The notes under the pieces: model-generated
Seen by the model: only the letters and a program-made list of their open reading frames with translations
What the model was told of the DNA's origin: nothing
Database searches by the model: none
Shown here: in pieces, positions 1 to 12,510 of the stretch
Position numbering within the stretch: position 1 is the first letter of the stretch
Layout of the letters: each line of letters starts with the position of its first letter
Translations under genes and position numbers: made by a program
From: Camelus dromedarius
Taxonomy: Eukaryota
NCBI RefSeq assembly: GCF_036321535.1
Contig: NC_087447.1
Span: 44,332,001 to 44,396,000 of the forward strand
Direction: 5' to 3'
DNA length: 64,000 nt

Positions 1-654
1 CAACACAGATAGTTGTTTTACTGCTGGTTGGGTGTACTGAGTGTGCACTGCTGGCGGTGATGTCCTATGACCGCTACGTGGCCGTCTGCAAGCCGCTGCA
101 CTACTCCACCATCATGACACATTGGGTATGTGTCCAGATGGCCATAGGGTCCTGGGCCAGTGGAGCACTTGTGTCTCTGGTGGACACCACATTCACACTG
201 TGGCTGCCCTACAGAGGGAACAGTATCATTAAACATTTTTTTTGTGAACCCCCTGCCCTCCTGAAGCTGGCTTCGGCTGACACCTACAGCACAGAAATGG
301 CCATCTTTGCAATGGGTGTGGCCATCCTCCTAGCTCCTGTCTCCCTGATCCTCATCTCCTACTAGAATATCATCTCCACTGTGATCCGGATGCAGTCTGG
401 GGAGGGGAGGCTCAAGGCTTTCTCTACCTGTGGCTCCCATCTCATTGTTGTTATCCTCTTCTATGGGTCAGCAATATTTGCCTACATGAGACCAAACTCC
501 AAAATAATGAATGAAAGAGATAAAGTGATCTCTTGTGTTCTATTCAGCAGTGACACCCATGCTGAACCCTATCATTTACAGTCTGAGGAACAAGGATGTC
601 AAAGAGGCTCTCAGGAGAGGGCAAAACAGTCTTTTTGAAAATGGAAATCTCTAA
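1..654 (+). pseudogene. Olfactory receptor family 2D (OR2D3-like) pseudogene; 5' part lies outside the window
   Basis: Frame from nt 3 reads [34 protein letters not shown]...[10 protein letters not shown]. There is an in-frame TAG at 363-365 (W in the paralog at 19009-19932). After a +1 frameshift near 533, [23 protein letters not shown] resumes, with TAA at 652-654. Confidence 0.95.
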
Positions 655-1714
655 TTATGATCACGATTTTAAGGATATAGAGAGAAGTAATTTTAATACA
701 AAAATTTCCCATTTTCATCCCATTCCTCCACCTTTTTTCTTCTCCTATTTGCCTACCTATTTTCTCAGATAACTTCAACAAATTGCCTGTTCAAAGTAAG
801 GTGCCTTGATAGACACAGGAAAGTAATGTAGAAAGGAAAGGAAAACAGGAAAAATAAAGGAAGGAAGGGAAAGAGGGAAGAAAGGAAGGAAAAAAAGGAA
901 AGAAGATAGAAAGGAAATGAAAAGTTGGTGAGTAAACACTCAGTACTCTCCAAGCCCATTAAAGCTAATAAGGAAATTAAAACAAGTGGACATAATAGCT
1001 ATACATTAAAAAACAAAGAATCAAATAAACAAAGCTATCACAAATGCCAGAATTCATTTCTGGCAAATGAAATCATTCTTCATACTTGCATGCATTCATC
1101 ACATATATTTTGAACGCATTATATATTCCAGGCACACTTCTGGAAGCTGAGGATATAGATACAAAAAGTAAAGTCTTCATGTGTTATATTTCTAACATGG
1201 TCTTGAATTCTAGATTTAACAGTATCTAAAACTTAAAAGAGAGCATATTTAAGGAAAAACATGGCAGAATTTTTCAAAGAGTATGTGTAACATTAAGAAA
1301 ATAGTGAGATATAAAGCTGAAAGTAAGACAAAGAATCTAGATGAGAAACGCTTTTTTTCAGTACTAAAGAATTTTCCCAGCATGTAATTCTGAAAATGCT
1401 GAAGACTGAAGAATTTATGGGACAGTATGGAAAACGAAGATAAAGTTAAGAAGGTGGGGGGGCTGGGGCACTGTTTTATCCCTTGGTAAGGGATTTATAA
1501 TGCAGATCATAATTTTGAATATCATGACTTGAAGTGATTCCTGGGTTGTTTTTTGAAAATTTTTTTCAATACAGGATGGGGTAGGGAAGTTGATCTCAGG
1601 AAGCTTCATTTGTAACTAACCCCAAGTGCTTCTTAAGCATACTAAAAATTGTACACTGCTTTTTAGAGAATGGGAACATTGGGGAAGTTTTAAGCTAAGG
1701 GTACATGCATATTG

Positions 1715-2130
1715 ATGAAACGGCTTGAGCTGAGGAGAATTCAGCATAGAATTGGGGCAAAGGTTGAGAGTCCAAGCTTTAGCTGATTGAAATCACATGG
1801 TCAGAAAAGGTCAACATCATCTTCCCGCAGGTTCCATTTGATCTGGTGGTTGAGCGCTTCAGGTTAACCTTTACCATTGAAAGAGAACTGGCAGTCTTTA
1901 CAAATGACATATTATCTTTGCTATTGTTACTTCTCTCGCCTGATAAAGGTTGTTTGTTTCTGCATTCTTTTGTTCCCTTAAGATCATTAATTACTGAGAC
2001 CTGTTCAAGAGCAAGTACTGTAATCAGGCTTAGACCACAAAACCGCTCAAGCCAAATGTGGCTTTTCTTATGTCAAGAGAGCCATGCCTGTTTTTCTTTC
2101 TCGTGGACCCCCTACCTTATATGCTTATAG
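1715..2130 (-). mobile_element. ERV LTR fragment (family not assigned)
   Basis: Resembles mammalian ERV1-type LTR sequence by recall; boundaries approximate. Confidence 0.45.
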
Positions 2131-2167
2131 TTTTCCTTTATGTAAAATAATACTAGTTGCTTTAACA

Positions 2168-2363
2168 TAGGGATCAGCAAACTTTTTATGTAAATGGCCA
2201 GAAACTAAATATATTTAGGCTTTGCAGGCTATACTGTCCCATCACAGCTACTCAACTCTACCGTTGTAGTGGGAAAACAGTCATGGACAACATAAAAATC
2301 AATGTATTCCCCTAAAACTTTTTTGTAAGTAAACAGGGCCCCAGGGGTGTTTGCTGACCCATG
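2168..2363 (+). mobile_element. MER58A-like hAT-Charlie DNA transposon inserted in an MLT1 fragment
   Basis: Terminal inverted repeats (agggatcagcaaac ... gtttgctgacccatg) and 8-bp TSD ctttaaca (2160-2167) / ctctaaca (2364-2371). Confidence 0.8.
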
Positions 2364-2747
2364 CTCTAACAGATAAACCCCAAATCTCAGTGGCTTAGAA
2401 GGTTACATATAACAGGTAGATGGTTATTTCTCACTTACACAAATTTTAGCTGAGGGATAGAGGGGCAGGTCTGTGGACCCAAGCTGACAGAAGCTCTGCC
2501 ATCTGGAGCTTTCAAGGCCATCTTGCATGTCAATATCCATAATTTAATACAATGTCATTAGTTACTACGTGGTAAGATGGTTTAAAAGAGCATATGACGA
2601 GTAAAGCTACACTCCTTCACTTTCTATTAAGATACATATCTGAACTATGGGACATAAGTATTTCACTTTCAGGAGGAATCTTCAGATTTTGAGGGGGAAT
2701 GAATTTTGACAGAAAGCCATAACCTCTTCCTAGATGGTGACGTGTGT

Positions 2748-3680
2748 TCACAGCATATATTTTCCCAGGACCCTCCTCAAGGCCCCCATGACCTCCTTAT
2801 TCCTCAGGCTATAGATGAGGGGGTTCAGGGCTGGCGTGACAATCGTGTAGAAGACAGAGATGATGTTGTCCTGCTTGGGGCTGTGGAGGGAACTGGGCAG
2901 GACGTACATGAACGTGGCAGCTCCATAGAACATGCCGACCACAGTCAGGTGGGAAGAGCAGGTGACCAGGGCTTTCTGCCTCCCTTCATTTGAGGGCATG
3001 CGGAGCACAGTGTATAGGATTAGTGTGTAGGAGGCAAGGATAGCAGCAAGAGGGGGCAAGAGGAAAGTCACACCTGTCACATACACCATGAGCTCATAAC
3101 TGGAGGCATCTGCACAGGCCAGCTTCAGCAGTGGTGGTATCTCACAGAGCAAGTGCTTGATTTTCCGGGACATGCAGAAAGGGAAGTGCATGGTATACAA
3201 GGTATGTCCTACAGCATTCAGGGATGCCAGGACCCAGGGTGTGGCTATCATGAGCCAGCAGACCCTCGGCCTCATGAGGACCATGTAGTTCAGAGGATGA
3301 CAAATGGCCACATACCTGTCATAGGCCATGAAGGCCAGTAGGAGGTCCTCTGCACCACCCAGTGTCAGTGCCAGGAACATCTGAAGGGCACATCCTCCAA
3401 AGGAGATGGTGTTGTCACTGAGCATGAAATCCACGATGGCCTTGGGAGTGACAACAGATGTGAAGAGGAGATCCATGAGGGAGAGCTGCCCCAGCAAGAG
3501 GTACATGGGCACATGGAGCCGGGCATCCACTGTGATGACCAGGAGCAGCAGGCCATTGCTGGTCATGGCCAACACGTACAGGACTGAGATCATGGCACAG
3601 AGCAGCTCAGGATACCCACTGTCATTCAGAATCCCCATCAATGTGAAGCCGCTTCCCAGGGTGGAGTTCCGGTGCTCCAT
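2748..3680 (-). CDS. OR2AG2: Olfactory receptor 2AG family, intact 310 aa, OR2AG2-like
   Basis: ATG at 3680 (MEHRNSTL, N-glycosylation site). Motifs LHVPMY, MAYDRYVAICHPL, KALVTCSSHL, PALNPLIYSLRNKEV. The GHT/PFCxS/YVTG segment matches recalled OR2AG2; the ortholog symbol is tentative. Confidence 0.9.
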   Translation of the reverse strand: MEHRNSTLGSGFTLMGILNDSGYPELLCAMISVLYVLAMTSNGLLLLVITVDARLHVPMYLLLGQLSLMDLLFTSVVTPKAIVDFMLSDNTISFGGCALQMFLALTLGGAEDLLLAFMAYDRYVAICHPLNYMVLMRPRVCWLMIATPWVLASLNAVGHTLYTMHFPFCMSRKIKHLLCEIPPLLKLACADASSYELMVYVTGVTFLLPPLAAILASYTLILYTVLRMPSNEGRQKALVTCSSHLTVVGMFYGAATFMYVLPSSLHSPKQDNIISVFYTIVTPALNPLIYSLRNKEVMGALRRVLGKYML

Positions 3681-5309
3681 TCTGTGTTGTTTCTTTAGTT
3701 GCCTAGAATGCAAATAGATCCTCAGCAAATTTTTGTTAAGCTGGTACCCTAGTGCGGTAACATAAGAAGCCAAAATAAGAAGCCAACATGAGTCCAAAGA
3801 GGTGATGCCTTTCCCATTGGTGACTTATTTTTACCTCTTGATCTCTGTTTCTGACTCTTTTAATAGTGTCTGGATGAAAGAACCATCTAAACGGAGGACA
3901 GGCATCACAGTAATAGTTAAACATCAGGAGATCTCTGCATGAGAACATTATTCAGGACACCAAACCTGAACATGTTTCTTCCCAGAAAGATCAAATCATC
4001 TCTCTCAAAGAATAAAGCAGTGTTCTGGCACCCATGCCCTTGATCATAATTGAACCTATGCTTTAAGCATAACATTTGACAGATGATTTAAATATCTAGT
4101 CAGTATTGGGTGTATCTATTTTGAATATGAAATTCTAAAATAAGAACAGAAATTTGATTTTAATAATGCATCTTGGTATCTTTCTCCATTTAACTTATGT
4201 CCACACTTGTTTGCAGCTCTCAAAGCTGCAGACACAAGCATCCACAGAAGAACTAAAGTATGTCCACCTTAGCCAGTTCGCTAAACCACACTCTCCAAGT
4301 GCCAGAGAGAAAAGGGATTCTAGATTGTCTGACACTACGAAATGATATGTTTGAGGTGGTGTCACTTTCAGATGTAAACCGTTAGGATCAATGCAAACAT
4401 AGGTGTTTATTTTAAAACAGGTAATGATAAAATGTGAGCCTGGGATTACTCAGAAATATGATAAAGATGAGGACCTGATCAGAATGATCAGTTGATTTGT
4501 TTTGGGGAGAAATAGTGAAAGATGTGGAAACAAAAGAGCTGTCCACTGTTGTACGCTGTAATCAGCCTCAATGATCCTAGCTTTCCTGTCTTGTCCCTGA
4601 CCCAGATCCCCATTCTCCCTCCTGCAGGGCCAGGGTCTCCACACTGGATGGAAGAGGGAGATGGAAGAAGAGCTTATGTCAGGAAGCTGCTGCTGGTGTG
4701 TGGTACCCAATCCCAGAGAGAGGCTAGAAAAGGGAGGGATGTCACATTGGCAGAAATCAGCATCATGCATCATGGGAACCAGGCAGATAAATCCAACTCT
4801 GAACATATGTTAAAGAATCTGTAAGTGAAGTGTATTTCTGTAAATCACTTCATTCTATTGCATCATACATATTTTGACATTTCACTCCTTTCTATTAGCC
4901 TCTGCTGGGTCCACAGAATTTTACTGGTAGAAATGTATTAGAGCATCTACAAGACGATCATCTGCTCTTAGACGTCCCTTTGGAGGCATTTATTATCACA
5001 CAGGTATAGACACTTTTTATCAGAGGCCAACAAAGTCCATGGGATGTAAAGACAGGTCCTGATGCTTCCACCAGGAAGCAGATACCCAGGACTGATGTGT
5101 AGCACAGATTCTTCCATCAGTCCTCAGAGATTCCTCCTCATGTTTAGAAAATGAGGAATAGAGGGAATTGGGTTGGGGTACAGAGCCTAAGCCCCAGAGA
5201 ACCTGGAGACAGTAGAGCTGAAGTTCTTGGGGTCTGCACTGGGCTCTGCCTCTCAACCCAACATTGCTAGGGGCTGCATAGCTCCCTGAAAGTGAGACAG
5301 TGCTCTTAC

Positions 5310-5700
5310 CTCAGGTGGTGAGAAGCTCAGATGCCTCACCACACGGGGTATCCTGGAGACTGAGGTTCAAGGAAGTTCCAGTAGAATTGGAGAAGGAAGA
5401 TAGGGCTTTTCCAGCAGTATCCAATTGGTTACATTTTTGTTGAGTTGGTTTTAAAGTCTAAGGAGTCTGACCAAGGCAGGTGTAGGGCTCCTTCTGTTCC
5501 TTCTTTTCTTCTGCAGGGCTTTTCTGGAGATGCAGTAAATATAGACAGAGCTAATACAGTCCTTGGGCAGTTTCTATGGAGCAAGAAGATGGGTTTCTTG
5601 TTCTCCAGCCTGTGGAGAAGGAGGAGAAACTGCTTCTCTCACAGAGCTCCTCGAGAATGATGCCCATCTGGCTCTGCAGCATCTGTCAGACTGAGTTCTG
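5310..5700 (-). other. Predicted 5' non-coding exon region of the OR2AG gene at 2748-3680
   Basis: Donor GAG|GTAAG at 5310/5309, conserved in the paralog at 15168. Acceptor TTCTAG| at 3703-3704, just upstream of the ATG. TATAAA on the minus strand at 5724-5729. Confidence 0.55.
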
Positions 5701-5723
5701 GGGTCCAGGTGCTCAGACTTTCA

Positions 5724-5875
5724 TTTATACTTGCTAGGGTCTGGGAGAAAAGATGAAAGCAGCAGAAATCTGGGGGAAGTAGATATTAGAAGGGCTGCCC
5801 AAGGGAGATGCTGCATTGCCTGGCCTCACTGTCCCTGGGGCCAACAGTGGGCCAGGGCCTGTCCTCAGGGAGGCT
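5724..5875 (-). promoter_or_regulatory. OR promoter with TATA box and O/E (EBF)-like sites
   Basis: TATAAA at 5724-5729 (minus), GCCCAAGGGAG at 5797-5807, TCCCTGGGG at ~5832-5840, TCCTCAGGGA at ~5862-5871. The block aligns with ~15490-15670. Confidence 0.6.
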
Positions 5876-6379
5876 GCTCAGTTTCCTCATCCCATGACCC
5901 ATCCCCTCTGCTCTGTTCTCCCCTGTGTTCACAGGGACTTATCTTCCCAGCTGAAATGGCCTCACCTGGAAATGCTGGTCCAGGAAACAAGATGGTAATG
6001 AATCCCTTTGGACACGTTTCCTGGCCTGGTATCCCTGTACTCTTCTCTCACTAAATGAGCTTGGAGGCCGTGGGCTTACTATCAAAGACCCCTTTAATAA
6101 AATAACTTCAGCAAGAAGAAAAATGATACCTCGGGTGTATATAATACAGGGAGCAATGGTGATGACAGGACTTGGTTCAATACATGAGTTGGCAAGTTCA
6201 ATTGACAAAGAATATGTATATTTGTATTTCAAAACAGTAAAACTAACATTCTTGACAAAATAACAAGATGTCAGGGGAATTTTTCTATGGGCACGTAAAG
6301 AAGTCTGTAGGAGCAGAACATTAAAAGCTTCATATTCATTTATTTAAAATTATCATTCCCTACAGTTCTTTTCATTTCT

Positions 6380-8810
6380 ATTAAGATACAATTTTCATAC
6401 AGTAAAATTTGCCTTTTTTAGTTTACAGTTTTGCAAGTTAGACATGTGTAGAGTATATATCTACCACCAAAATCAAGACCTAGAAGTTGCATCAATCCCC
6501 CAAATTCTCTGGTGCCCTTTGCTAACCATATCCCGCCTTCACTCAAACCCCTGCCAACTGTCTGATCTGTTTACTTTTGATTTTATTTTTGCCTTTTTCA
6601 TCACCTCATGTAAATGGCGTCAGACATTTTGAGTCTAGCTCCTTTCACTTAGTATAATATGTTTGAGATACATCCAAATTCTGCTCTTAGTAGTCCATTC
6701 CTTTATTGCTGAGTAGTATCCCATTGTATGGATGTATCATACTTATCTACTCATCAGTTAAAGGACACTTGTGTTCTTTCTGATTTTTGTTGATTCTGAA
6801 AAAAGCCATTATAAACATTCATGTATGGCTTTTTATTTTATTTTATTGAAGTATAGTCAGTTTACAATATTGTGTCAATTTCTGGTGTACAGCATAATAG
6901 TTCAGTCATACATATACATACATATATTCTTTTTCATATTCTCTTTCATTACAGGTTACTACAAGATATTGAATATAGTTCCCTGTGCTATACAGGATAA
7001 ACTTGTGGTTTATCTATTTTATACATATTACTTAGTAACTGCAAATCTAGAACTCCCAATTTATCCCTTCCCACCCCATTCCCCCACCCTAGTAACCACA
7101 AGTGTGTTTTCTATGTCTACGAGTCTGTTCCTGCTTTGTAAATAAGTTCATTTGTCATTTTTTTAGATTCCACATAAGAGTGATATCATGTGGTACTTTT
7201 CTTTTTCTTTTGGACTTACTTCACTTAGAATGACAATCTCCAGGTCCATCCATGTTGCTGCAAATGGCATTATTTTTATTATTTTTATGGCTGAGTAGTA
7301 TTCCATTGCATAAGTATACCACAACTTCTTTATCCAGTCATCTGTCAATGAACCTTTAGGTTGTTTCCATGTCTTGGCTATTGTAAATAGTGCTGTTATG
7401 AACATTGGGGTGCAGGTGTCTTTTCAAATTAGAGTTCTTTCCAGATATATGCCCAGGAGTGGAATTGCTATTATAGGATATGTCTATTTTCAGTCTTTTG
7501 AGGAATCTCCATACTGTTTTCCATAGTGGCTGCACCAAACTGCATTCCCACCAGCAGTGTAGGAGGGTTCCCTTTTCTCCACACCCTCTCCAGCATTTAT
7601 CATTTGTGGACTTTTGAATAATGGCCATTCTGACTGGTGTGAGGTGATATCTCATTGCAGTTTTGATGTGCATTTCTCTGATAATTAGCAATACTGAACA
7701 TTTTTTCGTGTGCCTATTATATGTCTTCCTTGGAGAATTGCTTGTTTAGGTAGGTCTTCTGCCCATTTTTGGATTAGGTTGTTGGTTTTTTTTCTTAAGT
7801 TATATGAGCTGTTAGTATAGTCTGGAAATTAAGCTCTTGTCAGTCTCATCTTTTACAAATATTTTCTCCTATTCCATAGGTTGTCTTTTTGTTTTGCCTA
7901 TGGTTTCCTTTGTTGTGAAGTAGCTTCTAAGTTTAATTGGGTCCCATTTATTTACTTTTGCTTTTATTTCTATTGCCTGGGTAGACTGCCCTAGAAGAAC
8001 ATTGCTAAGATTTATGTCAGATAATGTTTTGCCTATGTTTTCTTCTAAGAGGTTTATTGTGCCTTGTTTTATGTTTAAGTCTTTAAGCCATTTTGAGTTT
8101 ATTTTTGTGTATGGTGTGAGGGAGTATTCTAACTTTATTGATTTACATGCAGCTGCCCAGTTTTCCAAACACCATTTGCTGAAGACACTGTCTTTTCTTC
8201 ATTGTATATTCTTGCCTCCTTTGTCAAAGATTAATTGACCATTATTTCCGGGCTTTCTATTCTGTTCCATTGATCCATATGTCTGTTTTTGTAACAATAC
8301 CATGCTGTTTTGATTATTGTAGCTCTGTAGTATTGTCTGAAGTCTGGGAGGGTTAATTCCTCCAGCTTCATTCTTTTCCTTCAGTATTGCTTTGGCAATT
8401 CTCAATCTTTTGTGATTCCTTATAAATTTTAGGATTATTTGCTCTAGGTCTGTGAAAAATGTCCCAGGTAATTTGATAGGGATTGCATTAAATCTGTAGA
8501 TTGCTTTGGGTAGTATGGCCATTTTAACAATATTAATTCTTCCAATCCAAGAGCATGGGATGTCTTTCCATTTCTTTAAGTCATCTTTAATTTCCTTAGT
8601 GAGTGTTTTGTAGTACTCTTCATATAAGTCTTTCACTTCCTTAGTCAGATTTCATGTATGGGTTTTAGAGTGAACATAAAGTGTTATTCACTTGGGTAAA
8701 TATCTTGTAGTGAACTTTCTTAGCTGTATGGTAAATATGTGTTTAAGCTGATTAGAAACTGCCCCTCTGTTTTCCATAGTGACTGAACCATTTTCATTCC
8801 CAATTTTATT
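6380..8810 (-). mobile_element. Old L1M 3' fragment, split by the younger L1 at 6834-8650
   Basis: L1 3'-end sequence (ctcctttcacttagtataatatgtttgagatacatcc...) continues after 8666 (gtgaacataaagtgttattcacttggg). Confidence 0.75.
6834..8650 (-). mobile_element. 5'-truncated lineage-specific L1 (ORF2 C-terminus plus 3'UTR)
   Basis: ORF2 peptides [47 protein letters not shown]. 16-bp TSD ttcatgtatggctttt (6818-6833) / ttcatgtatgggtttt (8651-8666). Confidence 0.95.
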
Positions 8811-10269
8811 CTCATTTTGCATATTATTAAGCTGTAAAGTAGAGGCTTTTAAAATTTTTATTCAAAATGAAGGTAATAATGCCTGAAAATTTTAAATCCT
8901 GGTCTTTCCAATTAGCATTTTTTAAAAAAGCAGTTTTAGGAAATGAGCAGGATTATTTACACAAGTAAAGAAGGTGAAATTCAACACAGATAATCATGCA
9001 AGGACACACACAGACACTCTTAAAGTTGGAGACTGGAAAACTTAATGATAAGTAAATCCTGTCTAGTTAGCAATTCTGGAAATATTTTTATAAAATTGAT
9101 TAAAATTTTTCTGAGGTATGTGGATTATAAAGATTTATTGTATCTCCTATGGAATGTTAATCTCTAAGCCCTGTTAGACTCATTGGTAATCACATATAAT
9201 GATATTAAAATTCACATTTACCATTTTATAAAATATATAAGCTATTATTCCCTTGTCAGACAGATGAGTCATACATCTCTGTCACTGCTGACAAGCACAA
9301 CTGCAGGACTAGGGGGTGAGTGTGAAGGGGAGCCTGATTACAGTGGGATGAGTCGCGAATAGTAGAAAAGGACCAGAAGCTATAGGTACAGATAAATCTT
9401 TCAGGGCTATTTGCTCTGAAAAATGGAGTAGTATTAGCCTGGAGATAACCTTACTGCTATACGTATAAGAAGACAGTATATAGTCAAGCAATTGTAAGTA
9501 ATAATAATCCATAATATGGAAGTATTACTTAGAATGCTAATAGGAAATTCAGCTATTTAGAAACACAATTAACTTAAAGGCTCACCATAGATATCATACC
9601 AAAATAAATTACCGAGAGATTAAAGGTTGTTAAGCAAATCTAGAAGAAATATGGAAATATCCTCAGAAGTAAAAATGTGCATTGTAAGGGTAAAAATGCC
9701 TAATAAATACAAAGGAAAAAATGAATATATGAAACTATATAAATATTATAACACTACTCTATCTAACATATCTTGCTACCTATATATAATAAACTGAAAA
9801 TAAATGTTGCCACATTTATAATCATCAAATTGTTTGGGACATTTGTCTATCAAGGGCTACCAAAAATCAATAAGATAAAACAAATTGGCAGTATAAACAA
9901 AAACATCTGTTACATTTTCATTGCTATGTTTAATAAATTAGCAAAGGGAGTCCTTATGAGACAACTCTGGAAGGAGTACCCTGAGGCAGGCATTCCCATA
10001 TAATCCTAGGCAGCATGCAAAGAATTTGTAACTTTCCAAAAGCAATTTGACTCTTTGTAATAAGAATTTATATCCTTTCTTTGCTTATATCCCAATATTT
10101 CTACTTCTAGAATTAGACCTAACATAAAATCAGACCCTCACATAGGAAAATTGGGGGAACAAAATAAAACGTAAGCAAATCCCAGAATACATTACAGAGG
10201 ACTCATATGATGATATTACATAGTCATATGATCAAATTGAATGTTTTTCAAGACTATTTACTAGTTATT

Positions 10270-10500
10270 CATATAACAGCTAGCATGGTAAAGCACTATC
10301 TGCCAGGCTCTGGTCTAAGTGCCTAATCATCTTACTTGATTCTCCTCAAAACATCATGAGATCATCATGAGTCTTAATATTATCACCACCTTTCAGATGA
10401 GCAAACCGAGGCACAAATGGTTAGATTTAGTGTCCAGAGATGCACAAATGATAAAGGGGGAGCAGACATCACACTCAGCACTCTGGCCCCCTCACTCCCT
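10270..10500. mobile_element. MIR SINE
   Basis: Core cctttcagatgagcaaaccgaggcacaaatggttag. Confidence 0.7.
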
Positions 10501-11565
10501 GCCCCTCTCCCTCTACTGAAAAACACAAAAACGTCCCTTCTACACAAGAAAGAAAGTTCACCAAATTTTAAATGACAAAAAAGCAGGACTTTAACCAACA
10601 TGTACATAACTATTCAGTAAAACATATGGACACCCCAAAAAATGAAAGGAAAACTTAATAGGTGATTTTTGCTTCTTTCTCAACTTCTGAATTTTCTGTT
10701 TTTATAATGAACTTGGATTAGTTCCACAGGTTAGCTTTAGCTTTTATATTACGGTTGATCTTAATAGATTAAGTCATTTAAGACAGTTTCCACAAAGAAA
10801 GAATTTCTGAGCTTTTACAAAGCACTATCCTCAGAAAAAAATTCCAACTATGTGAGCCAGGGTGTTTTGGAGCTTCTTAACTAAACAGATCTAAGTGCTC
10901 AGCTTTTCTTATAAATCTTGCCACATTGATAAATCAAAGGATACAAATAAAGCATATTCAAGCTAGCTAGAAAAATGAATTATAAATTGTATCCCTCCTT
11001 TCCTGTGGACACAGACTTGTACATATACAAACCTCACAACTGTTTTGAAGTTTCAAAACAGGTCTCTATATATGTAAATCACATTTTTTAAAAAGTCAAG
11101 CAATGTACACAACACATGACTCCCACTGCTATTGTATCTCTAATTCTCACTTGAAATCTGGGAACTTCCACATTCTATTCTATTGGTTTCTATATTTTAA
11201 TTTCAGGCAGTATAAAAATGCCCCTTTTATAGCCTTTTCCACTATCCCAGAAGAGGTATATGCCTTTATTTGTGTAATCAATGCAAACTGCTCCTTAAGT
11301 CTGCAGTACCAATGCAGTCACAAATCAGTTATTCTTACCAATTGCTTGAACAACCATCTGTCTAACAGACAAGAAGCCCACTATATCTTCTGAGGATACT
11401 TCTCTCTATAACCATCTAAGAATCTTGTTCAAATGAAAGCAGTCCTCATCTGCTGTTAAAAGGCTACTGAACTTTGCTCAGTCTCTTACAAGCTGTATCA
11501 GTACTGCCGCTACATGATATTGAGATTGAAACTTAGTCCCCTACAATGTCTACATGGTAACTGTG

Positions 11566-12510
11566 TCAGGAGGGTGTCCACAGTAAGTATTCTCCCAGGA
11601 CCCTCCTCAAGGCCCCCATGACCTCCTTATTCCTCAGGCTATAGATGAGGGGGTTCAGGGCTGGCGTGACAATCGTGTAGAAGACAGAGATGATGTTGTC
11701 CTGCTTGGGGCTGTGGAGGGAACTGGGCAGGACGTACATGAACGTGGCAGCTCCATAGAACATGCCGACCACAGTCAGGTGGGAAGAGCAGGTGACCAGG
11801 GCTTTCTGCCTCCCTTCATTTGAGGGCATGCGGAGCACAGTGTATAGGATTAGTGTGTAGGAGGCAAGGATAGCAGAAAGAGGGGGCATCAGGAAGGTCA
11901 CACCCATCACATACACCATGAGTTCATAGCTAGTGGTTTCTGCACAGGCCAACTTCAGCAGTGGTGGTATCTCACAGAGCAGGTGCCTGATCTCCCGGGC
12001 TTTGCAGAAGGGATAGTGCATGGTATACACGGTATATACAAGGGCACTCAGGGATGCCAGGACCCAGGATATGGCCACCATGAGCCAGCAGACCCTCGGC
12101 CTCATGAGGACCATGTAGTTCAGAGGATGACAAATGGCCACATACCTGTCATAGGCCATGAAGGCCAGTAGGAGGTCCTCTGCACCACCCAGTGTCAGTG
12201 CCAGGAACATCTGAAGGGCACATCCTCCAAAGGAGATGGTGTTGTCACTGAGCATGAAATCCACGATGGCCTTGGGAGTGACAACAGATGTGAAGAGGAG
12301 ATCCATGAGGGAGAGCTGCCCTAGCAAGAGGTACATGGGCACATGGAGCCGGGCATCCACTGTGATGACCAGGAGCAGCAGGCCATTGCTGGTCATGGCC
12401 AACACGTACAGGACTGAGATCATGGCACAGAGCAGCTCAGGATACCCACTGTCATTCAGAATCCCCATCAATGTGAAGCCGCTTCCCAGGGTGGAGTTCC
12501 GGTGCTCCAT
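11566..12510 (-). CDS. OR2AG1: Olfactory receptor 2AG family, intact 314 aa, OR2AG1-like
   Basis: ATG at 12510 and all canonical OR motifs. Segment LSALVYTVYTMHYPFCKAREIRHLLCEIP matches recalled OR2AG1; the ortholog symbol is tentative. Confidence 0.9.
   Translation of the reverse strand: MEHRNSTLGSGFTLMGILNDSGYPELLCAMISVLYVLAMTSNGLLLLVITVDARLHVPMYLLLGQLSLMDLLFTSVVTPKAIVDFMLSDNTISFGGCALQMFLALTLGGAEDLLLAFMAYDRYVAICHPLNYMVLMRPRVCWLMVAISWVLASLSALVYTVYTMHYPFCKAREIRHLLCEIPPLLKLACAETTSYELMVYVMGVTFLMPPLSAILASYTLILYTVLRMPSNEGRQKALVTCSSHLTVVGMFYGAATFMYVLPSSLHSPKQDNIISVFYTIVTPALNPLIYSLRNKEVMGALRRVLGEYLLWTPS

Noticed and set aside
3406..3717. Antisense ORFs over the OR genes (also 12236-12649 and 18973-19245)
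   Set aside because: Shadow frames of OR coding sequence, duplicated only because the genes are.
3681..3797. N-terminal extensions of the OR2AG ORFs in the track (349 aa and 335 aa)
   Set aside because: They use non-ATG starts and run across a splice acceptor into intron; the true start is MEHRNST.
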